Part shown: piece by piece, positions 1-13,600 of the stretch
Numbering within the stretch: the stretch's first letter is position 1
Layout of the letters: each line of letters opens with the position of its first letter
Source: Ophelia neglecta
Lineage: Eukaryota
NCBI GenBank assembly: GCA_965285935.1
Contig: OZ260663.1
Location: 102,982,001-103,046,000 of the forward strand
Direction: 5' to 3'
DNA: 64,000 nt
Position numbers and translations under genes: made by a program
The notes under the pieces: model-generated
What the model saw: only the letters and a program-made list of their open reading frames with translations
Databases searched by the model: none
What the model was told of the DNA's origin: nothing

Positions 1-390
1 GGCATCATTCGTTTCCAATACTAACACCTTCGTTGCAAGAAATTCTGTTCTCAAGTGGTACCCCTGGGGAGACGGCTATGTCGTCCGGTTTATATTTTGA
101 GTTGGTAATGCGGGTTCTTAAAATGAAGTTGATCCAAGTACTGTTGTTGGTGAAAAGTCTTTATATACACCATAGGTACCAATGCTTAGGGGGAGAGACT
201 ATATACCTCATAGCGCCACAACCGGTAGAAGAATGGGCGCTTTTACACTGATCGTTAAACGGTTTACACACCTGGAATGGCCGAAGCATCAGCAGATAAC
301 AATGTGGCATTAAAATTGTGATTGTTAACAAGTTTTCTTGCTTTACACACTCACGTGAAAACACCTATATCTCCAAGGGATTCCCAACAT
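1..390 (-). mobile_element. Degenerate LINE ORF2 C-terminal fragment, continuing past the window edge
   Basis: The minus strand reads (with a stop and a frameshift) HYQLKI*TGRHSR..VPLENRISCNEGVSIGNE, matching the HxLxIETGRH..ENRxC motif of LINE C-termini. Confidence 0.55.
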
Positions 391-1086
391 TTATAAACCT
401 GTTATACAATGATTTTAGCTGGTTATAACTTGAGTTCCAGTAAGTGTCTTTTTGTCCTGCGAGACCTTGGTTGTTGTGGGTGTTGGGTTGTACGAACGTG
501 GGGGGGGGGGGGGGTAGGAGGGAATATGGGTGGATGTAAGTGGTCGTAATTTTCTTTCTAATTTATTAGCTTAAGATAAGATGTCAATTGACTTACCCGC
601 ATGATACTCAAATGATAATATGATGAAAATATTTAACAGAGAAAATAGGGAAAAATAGTCCTGATGATAATTTAAGTGTCGTTTGAAACAATTAGTGATT
701 CCTTTGATGAGAATATTTAGCGGAACAAATGTCGTTACATTAATAATTTCCTCCAATGTCAGCATACCAGTCATAATTTTTGTTAAATTGCAATTAATGA
801 TATTTTAGTTCAGATAGCTTGGGGTGTTTCATAAATGTCAGATAAGTGGTTAGCCACTGTGAGCTAATTTACATTTACCAGGCTAAACGGTTTCATAAGG
901 CTTAACTGACTAGAATTTAAGCCCAGAACTTTAAGTTTTTTACCAGTTAACCACCTCGGAAGCAGGCTTACATGCTGGATAGGATTCAAGTCAGTGCGTA
1001 TCTAGCTCCTCTATATTCGTTTTATTAAAATGCAGTCCAGCTCAAGCCAAGCGTCGTCAAGGAAATCATGCCAATCTCAATTCAGC

Positions 1087-1548
1087 ATCACTGAACCTGG
1101 GCCCAGCAGAGACCAAGTTGTTAAAACTACTCACTGTACCTTGGCCTAGCAGGGACCAAGTGGTTATTACCACTCACTGTACCTGGGCCCAGCAGAGACC
1201 AAGTGGTTATAACAACTCACTGTACCTGGGCCCAGCAGAGACAAAGTGGTTATAACCACTCACTGAACCTGGGCCCAGCAGAGACCAAGTGGTTATTACC
1301 ACTCACTGTACCTGGGCCCAGCAGAGACCAAGTGGTTATTACCACTCACTGTACCTGGGCCGAGCAGAGACCAAGTGGTTATTACCAATCACTGAACCTG
1401 GGCCATTTGTAATTACCATTCCCTGTACATGGGCCCAGCAGATCAAAATGGCTATTACCACTCGCTATACCTACAGTGTAGGCCCAGCAGAGACCAAGCG
1501 GTTATTATCATTTACTGTACGTAGGCCCAATAGGGACGAATTTGTTAT
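1087..1548. repeat. 43-bp minisatellite, about 10 copies
   Basis: Unit CACTCACTGTACCTGGGCCCAGCAGAGACCAAGTGGTTATTAC; edges are degenerate. Confidence 0.9.
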
Positions 1549-1589
1549 AAACATCATAAGTGATCATAAGGCATACAGCAATGGGTTAA

Positions 1590-2160
1590 ATGTCAATTCA
1601 ATAGCCATCAATTGATCAATTCAAGCCTTTGAACACTCAGCTTACATTATTTGACCTTCAAGCATAGGTCATGGTCAAGTTTATTGCCATTAAGAGATTC
1701 CCGGTATATGACGTGCTATTAGTTTTGAACACATTTGAAAATTTGGATCACATGATTTGACCTTCAAGTAGAGGTCAATGTCAAGTTTATAGCCAGCAAA
1801 GGTTCTCTGTATATCATTTCCTAAGAGTGTTTGATACATTTGATATGCCTATCTTGAACCATTAAGCCAAACAGAGGCTTTGAACATTTGGTTCTCATGA
1901 TTTGATCTTCAAGTAGGTCAAGGTGAAGTTTATAGCCATCAAAATATTATTTGTATCTGAATTTCTTTTAATTGTTAAACGCATTTGGTATGCCTGGCTT
2001 GCTCAATTAAGCCATTCAGCCTCTCTGAGCATTTGGATCACATGATTTGACCTTCAAGCACAGGACAAGGTTAAGTTAGAAGTCATCAAAATATGCCCTA
2101 TAAATGATTTCAAATTAGAGGTCAGTATATTTGGTATGCCTATCATGCCCCATTGAGCTT
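1590..2160. repeat. Diverged ~145-bp tandem repeat (about 4 units), probably internal to a non-autonomous DNA element extending to about 2560
   Basis: Recurrent TTTGACCTTCAAG..AGGTCAAGGTCAAGTTTATAGCCATC at about 1650, 1756, 1901 and 2046. Confidence 0.65.
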
Positions 2161-3314
2161 AAAATTTAAGACTTAAATTAATGTAACTTTATTATGTTCA
2201 TAAATTGCCTTTGGCAGTCATATTGTTTTTCCCATCTTGTTCAAAAACTAATCAGCAAATCACAATTGTAGATCAAAGACTCCTATAAAGTTGCGAAATG
2301 ACCCCTGATCCGCTTCAAGAATTATCGCGGTCACAAATAATGTTGACCGACACGATCTGAAGGCCTTTTATTTTCAAATCGATCCGAATGCGGAGTCAAG
2401 TGATGTCCCCCTATGTAAACATCACTCCCAAGAAGTTTAAAAGAAAATCTATGAACTGTTCTTGACTTATTGCGATAGAAACTTTCCCGCGGAACGCCGA
2501 ACATCGGGCATGGAACGACTAAAACAGCGTAAACAAGGCCTTGGCTGGGGCTATTCTCCCCCGAAACAACACGTCAGGTGGTACATACAAACCAGTTTGT
2601 ACGCAGTCACTGTTCATTATTTATGGCCGAGGGAGGAGGCGGGGACAGATGGAAAACAAATATCATGAGAAGATGGGGGTTGGTTTATACATATGGTGAT
2701 CAGTAATATACAAACGGCCCTCTCTGATCTATTCCAAAGCAAAACTTATGATTTCTTTGAATGTATTGTCGGTAAAATTACCAACAAAAACGGTTTGTAT
2801 GGACCCACCCATTTAGCTTTAAAAATGGTGTCCCTCTCACTGTTTAAATCGTAAGGAGTGATATGCACAATATTTAAGTAATTTGTTATCAAAATATAGC
2901 AGCGTTATGCACTTAGCTTATCAACATTTAAAATGAAATACATGACCCGCATTATCTTGGTTAGCTTGTACCAGTTGATCATTGGCTGTCGTCTCAGGTG
3001 GGTGGCCCAGTGTGTATTAGACATTTCGTGTAGGTTGATAAGTATAAAATGCTGATTTAAACATTTTAATATTATTGTACTTACATCCATTGTGAACTCT
3101 ACTGTTCCTTCCAGTAGGATTTGAACGCAAACTTTATCAACTGAAATACGTCCCAGGACCTTACTCCCGAGGAAATCAAATCTACCATAGCTTCAAACAG
3201 CCTGGTCTACACAAAAAAGCAGACGTTTACGTCCCATCTCCCGAGCAAGCAGTCTCCAGAAGAAGAGTGGTTTCTCCCCCGGCCTCAGGGAGTGGGGTAA
3301 GTGCTTTCAAGTCG

Positions 3315-3922
3315 CGACATAGCCGTCTACCCAAGGGTACCACCTGAGAACAGAATTTCTTGCAACGAAGGTGTTAGTATTGGAAACGAATGATGCCCAA
3401 CGATAAAAATTTATAACACAATAAGAAAGCATATTAATGGTATTGTGTATTGTCACGAGAACAGCAATTTTCAAGTATTTTGGTGCTAAAGATTCTCAGT
3501 TGTTAAACTGTCTGCCTACCTATGTTCATAATTCATTTAATTGTAAAATTTCTGTTCTGCATACTTGTAACATTTGTGCGGTGCATGGGATCGCGCGTTT
3601 GCAAGTATATTTAATATGGATATGGTAGTTGACTTGTGAAACTGGTTAGTTGCTTAATTGTGCATTGTAATTTATAGCTCTATGATGTAGTTTATATTTA
3701 GCCCCTGATGATTCTATATCGATTCGTATATGTCAAATAGAAATCACTGTTGCATTGATTTTGTGTCAACTGGTATGTCATATCAGTATTTTAACTACTT
3801 AAATAACTTAAATAACTGTTTTAAAGAATTTTAAAAACTAGCCGTTTTCCCAGGTTGTATATTGGTACTTATTGTATGATTTATATAAATCAGTATTGAA
3901 TAAGAAGAACTATTGAAATTGA
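3315..3922 (+). mobile_element. 3' fragment of the same LINE family as 1-390
   Basis: 3315-3397 is the reverse complement of 1-83 with 3 mismatches. It continues into a degenerate ORF end, an AT-rich UTR and an ATTGA-type tail near 3895-3922. Confidence 0.55.
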
Positions 3923-4219
3923 CACCAGCCAACAATAATTACTGATGAATACCCAATATTAGTTGTTTTTGTGATACATCTGAAAAATCCAATAAAGTAA
4001 CCTTTCTCAGCTTTATAAGTGAAAGCCCTTCAACTAATCTGCTTAAACAGGTACACATCACCGACACAGGTAATTGTCTTAGCGCAGGTGTACAACTTTA
4101 ATCAAGATGAGATCTGATCATTCATCATTGCACGGGCCAAGGTGAAGAATCAGGACGGCGACACAATGGGGGCTCAATGTTCGATAACTAACCAGTAATT
4201 GCTGGAGATGAACAGCGAA

Positions 4220-4681
4220 CGGCTATAACAAAGAGTCAGTAATCAGGGACGATTTAGGGCAATGATTTACATTTAGGAGGTGGATCTAGGGGCAATTCCA
4301 TAGGGTCAGTAATCAGTGTGAATTAAGGGCGATGGTATACATATAGGAGGTGGATCTAGGGGCTATAACATAAGGTCAGTATTTAGGGAGAAGTTAGGGC
4401 GATGGTATACATATAGGAGATGGATCTTTGGATAATAGCATAGAGTCGGTAATAAGAGAGGATTAAAGACAATGGTATATATCAAGGGGGTGGATCTAGG
4501 GGCAATAACATAGAGTCAGTATTCAGGAAGGATTTAAGGGTGATGCTATAAATACAGGAGGTGGATCTGTGGGCAATAGCATTGAGTCAGTAATCAGAGA
4601 GGATTTAAGGCGATGATATACATCTGGGAGGCGGATCTAGGGACTATAGCCAAGAGTCAGTAATCAGAGAGGATTTAGGGG
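4220..4681. repeat. Diverged ~70-bp minisatellite, about 6.5 copies
   Basis: GAGTCAGTAATCAG...GGAGGTGGATCTAGGG recurs at about 70-bp spacing (4234, 4304, 4374, 4443, 4513, 4583, 4654). Confidence 0.85.
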
Positions 4682-5269
4682 ATGTCAACTACTCAGATGG
4701 AAGTGAGATAAGAAAGGATGGAATTATCTGAGGCGAGGGTAGTTTGGTAAGAATAAGAGCGAGTATGTGGGGTGCACTGTTTTAAGGAGACTAACATGAG
4801 AGGTTGTCGGGGATGATTCTAGGCGATTGGGGTATCGGAGGTGCTGTAAATGGTGGACAAAAGGATGGTAATATCTTGAAGAGAAAAGACAGTATCCAAC
4901 TGTGTAATAACAAACCTGTATAAATCCAGTTCAGGGTCGGTCCTTGTGATAACATTTGTTAATATGATCAGTAGGTGTCACAATGTAACATGACTATCAA
5001 TGGTCACCAATTTCTCTACACCAAAACTATACTCGTTTACATTTAAAACAAGGAGGATAGGGCGAGGTTTTCTATTGCTTTTAAGATAAGACAGAGGAGA
5101 TGTAATCCTTAAATGCAATGCCAATCCTAACGTAATATAATAGGCGCAGGAGATTAATGCTGAACAAGGGGCTCAAATTGCCAAGCTGAAGCGAGGGGTG
5201 GCCGATGGGGGGGGGGGGTCTTTGGCTATTCATATAGATGATTTATTTGTATTTCCTCATTTGAAATTT

Positions 5270-5317
5270 GTGTACCCTGATGACGGCTGTATAAGTCGAA
5301 AGCTCTGGGAATATACT
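5270..5317 (+). ncRNA. Minimal type I hammerhead-like motif of the Penelope-like retroelement class (possibly degenerate)
   Basis: CTGATGA (5277-5283), stem II GGCT/AGTC, GAAA, short palindromic AGCT, TC at 5304-5305. Stem I is imperfect (GTGTACC / TGGGAATATAC). T-rich downstream sequence is typical of a pLTR end. Confidence 0.4.
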
Positions 5318-6967
5318 CTTTTTAAACCGACTTTGATCTTATTTCTCTTTTATTGTATTACCACAGAGGTGTGCACAGCGGACGCAACTTATATAATTTT
5401 AAATTATACTGATTGAGCCTTGTTTGCCGAGTATCCACTCTTATTATTTTGTGTGGGTATGGGCATGGTGGTTTAATGGGTGTACTGCGCACTGGGTACT
5501 TTGGCTACTGGTACGACTGTCCTCATGCCTGATTATGCTTTCCACTGCGGCAACATCTTCTGATTCACCAGCTTTGAAAAACCACGACCGTTACACAATA
5601 GGCCTATTCCTCACAATATATCGGGGCAAGCTCACAAATACTAAGTTTCTTAGCCCAGTTGGCTCACATGGTGACTTTGGCTTGACAATTGAAAATATTC
5701 ATGTGTCGTTATCATAACGAGGCTCTTTCTGTCATTAAAGTATGTATAATCTTTAAGTAATACGTCTTGAATAGTCTATCAATTATGAATAAGTACGCTC
5801 GAAATTCAGCAATCAGCGATGAATGTTACAAGTTTTGTCCAATTGTCATCGCAAATGCCGGCAATCTTAGGTACTCGATGCATATACAAATAAGCAAGAT
5901 AGTTTGTACACATATATAATACACTTGGCTCCCTTAAAGCATTCTTTAGACAGGCAGAAAAAGTACAAAATTACAGGCATCTATCTTCCGCGTTTCTTTT
6001 ATTCATTTGGCAACGAAAAGCGCCCATGGGACCCGTGGGCCTCGATGCATCCAGCCGCGGCTCAGTAGACAGCGCTCCTCGCGGGGACTGGCTTCCTAAC
6101 AGCCGTCCAGGCATCACTTCGACACAGCCGTATCTGTAGTGCTGTTCCTGAAGCCAGCCTAAACGTGTGAACTAGCTCGTTGTCTACTTAGTCCATTGTC
6201 CGATTCATTACCACGTTGAAACCACGAACTTCTCCCAGGATCGATCATACCACTATAGCCGGCAGTAAGGGTTGGACTGACCACTGGATATATCCATCTC
6301 CAAGGTATAGTAGGTCTATTTGCATATACATTTATGGTCAATGGCGTCTGTAGACATCGGCTTCACTAGTTCAAGCCTAGCCATAGCGTGAATGTCAAGG
6401 ACAACTTACCACTAGCTTTATTGATTTTCGTGATGCTACGTTACGTAATCGGCAGTACCAAAGCCCTTGATGCAGTACGATGATTCGTTGCATGAAGTTA
6501 TATTAGTACTCGTAATATCAAATCTGCTGTGAGCCGACTGGTACTTGAGCTCGTTGTTGTTTTCATTTCGTTTTGATTTGAGGGTTATAAGTAGGCCTTC
6601 TTGCATTATACGTACTGATATGTCATGGGAGTAATATGACAAGGTAGGTCTTTTAGAACATTTATTAATTTGTATAAAAATGAATGTATATGTATAAGTA
6701 AAAGAAAAAGCAAAATGAAAGGAAAATCACACTGTTTTGAAGGCTCCTGGGAATAGCCAGTTAAGGGAATCATGCTTGGCTGCCGGCGCTCACACGGCTT
6801 TGACAACATCGCGCTTTGAATGTAGAGGTCAAGCGTTGGGGAAGAGAGACCTGGCGGGGTTGTATGGAATGTAGTGTGTATGTATAGGCTGACAATAGGG
6901 GCTCAGTGGGAGCAGACAGGAGGGATGGGATATTAAGACTGTGTGTTGGGTTGACAGTCGTGATGGG

Positions 6968-7396
6968 GCATGCCATGGTGTAGATTGTATGTGTTTATGT
7001 GTCCTTGCATGCCATGGTGTAGATTGTATGTGTTTATGTGTCCTTGCATGCCATGGTGTAGATTGTATGTGTTTATGTGTCCTTGCATGCCATGGTGTAG
7101 ATTGTATGTGTTTATGTGTCCTTGCATGCCATGGTGTAGATTGTATGTGTTTATGTGTCCTTGCATGCCATGGTGTAGATTGTATGTGTTTATGTGTCCT
7201 TGCATGCCATGGTGTAGATTGTATGTGTTTATGTGTCCTTGCATGCCATGGTGTAGATTGTATGTGTTTATGTGTCCTTGCATGCCATGGTGTAGATTGT
7301 ATGTGTTTATGTGTCCTTGCATGCCATGGTGTAGATTGTATGTGTTTATGTGTCCTTGCATGTCATGGTGTAGATTGTATGTGTTTATGTGTCCTT
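6968..7396. repeat. 39-bp minisatellite, 11 near-perfect copies
   Basis: Unit GCATGCCATGGTGTAGATTGTATGTGTTTATGTGTCCTT; 429 bp = 11 x 39; one substitution in the last unit. Confidence 0.97.
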
Positions 7397-7666
7397 ACGC
7401 ACGTGTGGTTGGGGCCAGCGGTAGTCTTAGTGGTTGATGAATTTGACGGCAATAATTATATTCCTCATTCACGTACCATTACGTGCGATTTAGTCGCAAA
7501 TGATATCCGCTTGAGCTTGCTAATTGGACGTGGAAATTATATTACAATATTAAAGTAATTAAGTATTCAATACAGATGTTGAAACCTTGCTTTTTCCTAC
7601 TATTTTCTTTTGTATATGCATAATTCTGACCACGATTGCTCTGTTTAGGATATTACCTGAACTGAC

Positions 7667-10600
7667 ATGGATGGAGATGTGGAAGTCTTGGAAGGGCTTG
7701 TCTCCTCCTCCAGGGACACCAGGCAACACAGGTGAGTAGGGCGATTTGAAGCAGGTATGTTCAATGTTTATATACATAATGTGATTAACGTATATCTTCT
7801 AGAATCACAACATCAGTGTTTTATTGTCTACATTCGTCTTTTTATTCAAATATAAAACAGTGAATCCTTATTCAGTTTGTTACAATACACCAAATATTGT
7901 TTTATTTTTTTATATTTAATTTAGTTTTATTTATAAAAGTGAATTTTTTTAAAACGTATCTTGCGGTTTATGTGTTAATTTGCCTATGTAACCTGGGCTC
8001 TGTATCTGAAAGCGGCCTTTATCTCTTAATCCGATTTAAATCAGGCTTTAAGATCTTAATCAGTGTAACTTTCTAATCGGGGTTTCTGGAAGCTGGCTTT
8101 GGGCCAAAACTTGGCGATTTTTGTCTTAAACTTAATCCTGGTCAATGGAAACAAGGATTAATGCGCTCTCAGCTAATCGCTAATTGGTTAATTTAATCCA
8201 AAAATGTAATACCGCGTCTAGAAACAGCGCCTTGGAAGTAATTGATCAATGAATATTGTCATTTAAATTATTCAGGGTTATCAGACTATCGAATGGATTG
8301 ACTGTACTACTCATTTCAAATATGGATCGTAAATCTGATTCCGGGGACTGTACTACTAAAAAAAAACACCATGACGACGAAATGGAACTAGGAAAGAAGA
8401 AGTTATCTAATAAGGTGCAGGGGATAAACGAGAAGGATTCCGAGGAATGTGGTGATACCCCAGCGAACAATTATACGCCAAACAACGGAAAGCTGGTAAG
8501 GCCTTTAATTGTCGTTATACTGACCCATTGGTATGAAGCAGAACTGAATGGTACTTTATGTCAGTCAGTTCGTCATATAAATTCAAATTCATAAGAGTGA
8601 ATGTTAGGAATATTACTAAGATAAATTTCTAAAAAATAGCTTAAAGTTTTTCGCGAAATTTAGACTAAGGGCGTCACTTTTAAGGACTTTTCTATGAATT
8701 AACCATTCTAGCGAAATATAATTTGAAAAACAACACATAGTACTAACCTCCAAATTAGAAGGAAAAAAAGGTTGAGACAGAAAAATGTACTTAGTTTACA
8801 AAACTAGACGTTTTCTTAAGTCGCTTATTTGCTAATTTGCCAACTTGTCTTCAATAAGACATAAATCATTTATATTTTTTTTACATCGAACACAAGCATT
8901 GTATTTTATACAATATATCGCAAACACAGATATTCACGTTTATTCTTTGTCTTTCCAGTCGGCGGCAGCATTGTGTGTTGGAATTGGGAGTTATGACGAC
9001 CCGCCAGATATCCCTGGACTTTCACACTTTCTAGAACACAGTGAGCAGCCTTAATCTTTTGAAGTTTAGTGCTTTAAGATAGTTTTGTCGTGACGATAAA
9101 GTTAATAATGTCGTTATTCTCCGTACTTAAAGAATCGAATAGTTGATTCCTAGTCATAGTTTTACCGTAGGTGGCGCTGTTTTTTGTGTTGTGTATGGGT
9201 GTCTATGTATGTGACTGCGTGTGTGGGTGAGTGGGGGTGGGGATAGGGGATGGATGGGGGGGGAGGTGGGGGGGGGGGGAGTGAAAGTGTCATTTACGGG
9301 GGGGACGAAGGTGGCTAGGTTGTTTGTTGTTTGGGGTATTTACGTGGCTTTCAACACTTATCGGTCATATCGCCACGGTGCCTACTTGTGACGGTGGGCT
9401 CAATGCCCTCTTTAGAGTGCTGCCTCACTGGAGTACCTGCCGTAGACAGACAGGGAACCCCACCCAGTCACATTATACTGACACCGGGGTGACCAGTCCT
9501 GATACAACCCCCGAAATACCGGGCGCCTGGCAGGGGAGCTATCAGTACCTATTTTTACGTCTTAGGTTTGACGCGATCGAGCTTCGAACCCCGATCTCCC
9601 ACTTGCGAGGCGGACGCCCTATGTGGCTAGGTGGGAAACCTGTAGTGGGTTTGGTTGTACAGACAGGTGGGCGCGTAGAATTAGGTAGTTGGCCAGTTGG
9701 GTGTGGACATTTAGAAGTCATTTTTCTCGCGAGCCATCATTAATTTAATATTTCTCTAATTACTGTTAAAATTGAAGTTAATGATTATTTCATATAGTGA
9801 ATACGCATCTCCTTTACATACATTAGAAACACGATAAATATGCCTAATAAATTTGGTATCTGTGAATAAACCATTTGTATACTATGTATATGATGAAAAT
9901 ATATATTTTCAATTGCCAGTGGTGGTAATGGGAAGTGAGAAGTATCCGGATGAGAATGATTTTGATGCCCATGTTAAGAAACATGGAGGGAATTCGTACG
10001 CGCAGACAGGCATGGAAACGGTGAAACAATATTTCTTATGTGTCTTTTGTCATAGAACACGGCTAATGCAGTTTGTGCTGGTAGTGAAGAAAATAAATGA
10101 ATAATATCCGAAGAAAAATCTGGGCAAATAAAGAAATTTACGAAATACCCCTCTTCATCTTCAACGACATATTGTTTTCACCATGATTTATAGAAGGAAT
10201 ACGCGGATATTTACATTATTAGCTATAGGTGTCGCACGGAGGACTTAACAACTGTACTTATCCTTCAGACGACATTTCACTTTGCCATTAAGAGGACCGA
10301 ATTCAGCAGCGCCTTAGATAGATTCGCTCACTGCTTTGTCAAACCTCTCATGAAGCAAGACAGCATGGCTCGTGAAATAAAAGCTGTGGATAGTGGTAAG
10401 TTTATTCGGCTGTTCTTTCTCATTTGGTTATGCATTTCGTGTCCTTGGAGAGTGGTTTTATCATCACTTTCGTGCTCAGTAATGTTGAACGTTCCGGGGT
10501 TCTCATATTGTATACATTAAAAAAACGAAACTGGACAAGCGACAGACAAAAAAGCACCAGTTCTTTCGCTAAATCTGTCCTCATACATCAGTAACTCCCA

Positions 10601-13600
10601 CTTCGCTGGCTAACACTCATCAATCCCTAGTTTAATAATATAAAACAAAATTAGATTTAATAATAATTTTTTTCATTTTTATGTGAGAATAATAAGATTT
10701 AATAATAATTTATTTCTAATTTTTATATGTGAGTGGTAGTCAATATTTTTTCCGATTATTTATTTTCCAGAATTCGATATGCGTCTGACATGTGACGATG
10801 CACGTCGTGAACAGATTCTTGGAAGTCTTGCTCGGCCTGGTCACCCTATGAGGAAATTTCCGATGGGTCAGTATGAGCAATTTGGGGTTATATATCAGAC
10901 GGTTATATAGCCCAAAATACCCAGTTCCTGCCATACGCTCTTGAATTGAAAGTAGAAACGGTTAATTAGCGGTATAAATTTAAATTACTGCTTGGCATAT
11001 TAACGACAAAAGAAAAAATCGGTCAATATAATATCCCAGTGACTACCTAACAAAAGCCCATTCATATGTTGTTTTGTTTCAATTGAAAACCTAGGTAACA
11101 TAAATACCCTGGAAATAACCCCTAAAGAGAAAGGGATTGACGTTCACGCTCGTCTCCATGACCACCGTCAAAGGATGTATTCCTCTCACTACATGACATT
11201 GGCAGTCGAAAGTCAAAGTTAGTGTTCAGCTGTTCCGTATGTCAATGCATCTCAGCATAGTCTCTTATTGTTATTGTTATAATTGCTGATTTTGCGATGT
11301 CCAATGCATCATAAATGAATGGCCTTGTAATTTGTTAGAACTATATTAATCGGTCGATGTGTGTCGCCCATAATAAATAACTTAATCCCCATCGAAAGCA
11401 GTTTAATAAAAACCCAATGTTTGATGATATTTAAAATATATAGTGTAATTCAAAGAATACATGAATCAATTCTTAATCATCTCAATATTATATATATCGA
11501 AACATTCATGAACGTGTTTTTAAAGACTCTTTGGATGAACTAGAGAAGCTGGTAAAAGAGATATTTACACAAGTCCCACACAAGTAAGACATAAAACATT
11601 TGATCATTGTACATCTTTCATTTGAAATTATCGTGTGGTGTTTCTTGCTATACACAATGTTGTTGTATGTAAAAGTAGGCTTCATCTAAACAACACATAG
11701 CAATGTGGTACCATTTAAATAACAATTCTTAATCATTTCTCTTTCAGCCATATTGACAAACCAATGTTCGCACATTTGGAGGTAATGCTAGTATACTGGG
11801 TTATTGACTCGAATCATTTCTACCCTGAGCGTCATGAACGAATTATTTTAACCGAAAGCATACGCCTTACAATTGTCTAACATGCTATTATCATTGTAGT
11901 AGCATGGTGCATTATTTATTCATATATATTAACCAACTGTGTTGATGTCAATTCACCTTGAATATATATTCAAGAATCGTGGTGAACATGATCAGAGTAT
12001 TAAGCATTAACTCCGTATCAAACTGGTGCTCTGTGTCACATGATAATGTCTTGTTATATTATCCGTTCACACCTTCTGACACTGTTTAAACATTGAACAA
12101 AAGATGCATCATTATCAGAATAACTGAATATCTTCTTATAGGACCCTTTCGACACTCCTGAATTCTACAAGATGTACAAAGGTGAGCTGCAATTCACTTA
12201 AAATAATCAGAGTGTAAGACGAAGCTTTGTCAAACTAACCACACTATCATAACATGATCGCTTTGACGAGCACTAGCGAATGAGAGTGCCGCCTTCGATT
12301 GACTAGTGTGAGAGGCCAAAGAACTGCCTAGTGTGAGAGGCCAAAGAACTGCCAACAGGAATCATATATGATTCTTTTGAGGCATAGAAGTTCATATTCC
12401 CTAGGATTAATGTCAACATTCTAGTAATGATATTTATTACCCTTACTGCCATATATCTTAGAATGATATGCCCTCGTGTGTGGCCAAGACAGGAACGGAT
12501 ACCCGTCCGAAGAAGACAAATACAGTGAAACCTGCCTTAAATACCACCTGTTTAATCAGACCACCTGTCAATTCAGATCACTTATATTTAGTCCATTGTG
12601 TAGACTTTCACTGTACTATAACCTGCCTACACAGACCACCTCTATAATCAGACCAGTATTTCTCAGTCCCTTGGGTGGTCTTTATGTACAGGCTTTACTG
12701 TACTTGTTCGAGAATAGTATATCAAATTGCTCGGAAATTTTCAAGGACTGTCAGCTGCTGACCAGCTAACACGGTTCCCTAGTTACAGTACCGTTAAAGC
12801 GATAATAATGAATTTAAGGAGAGTAAACCAACTAATAAATCTGTTATCGGTTGCTATGATAAGCAATCTACACTTTCCCATGGTGTGAGGACATTGCCTT
12901 CAGAATTTTGCTTCGCCAAACGTAACTTCAGTTAATCATACAGCAATTGGGCCTTTCCCTGCAGAGAAAAAAAACACCATCATCTTGCTTTCTAAAGCTA
13001 TAATGGCGTTAGACAAACGATAGTACTCTCTTCCTCCAGACTTTTACGTGCCATAACTTGCTTCAATGCTTTTGGTCATTACGCTGCGAAATGAATGCTC
13101 TAGCAGATATTATTAATATTTCATAATAGATAGTAATAGTCATGGAACAAAACTTTAAGCATAATCAATCTGACTTAGATATAAACTATTTTCCAGTTGT
13201 GCCGCAGAAAGATGTTGATTCTGTGGAACTGAACTGGAGTGTTCCATTCCATTGGCACCATTACAGGTATGCCTTGTACTAAAACATGAATACACGGAAG
13301 GCCTGTCTAAAGTCATAGTAGGCAGTCTGAATTAATTACAGGCAGTGTCTGTCGAAAATCTGATCATATTACAGGTTAGCATATCTTACAATAGAAATCC
13401 GTCACATAGCGAAATGAAATGTGATGAAAAAATCTTCGGGAGCAGAAATCAGTAATCAAATTGGAGGTGATATAATGCAAGCGCATACAAACGCCTGTAT
13501 TACCTGCAGTTAAGTACAGTGCCCCTGTAGATCAGCTGGTGCAGCCGGTGGCTTTAATATGCTAAGCACAAGAGCAACCATTTTGATCAGTTCTAGTCTC

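Noticed and set aside
1-3397. 83-bp inverted repeat as the TIRs of a DNA transposon
   Set aside because: The repeated sequence translates as a LINE C-terminal motif and continues into a LINE-type tail.
1087-7396. Tandem arrays (43, 70 and 39 bp) as CRISPR arrays
   Set aside because: The units are contiguous with no unique spacers, there are no cas genes, and the context is eukaryotic.
6933-7558. Cys/His-rich repetitive ORFs on both strands (metallothionein-like appearance)
   Set aside because: These are by-products of a 39-bp (3n) minisatellite; DNA-level perfection with no synonymous variation argues against coding.
9324-9743. ORFs 9324-9743, 54031-54327 and 54057-54383 as a duplicated small protein family
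   Set aside because: They are antisense readings of the SINE.
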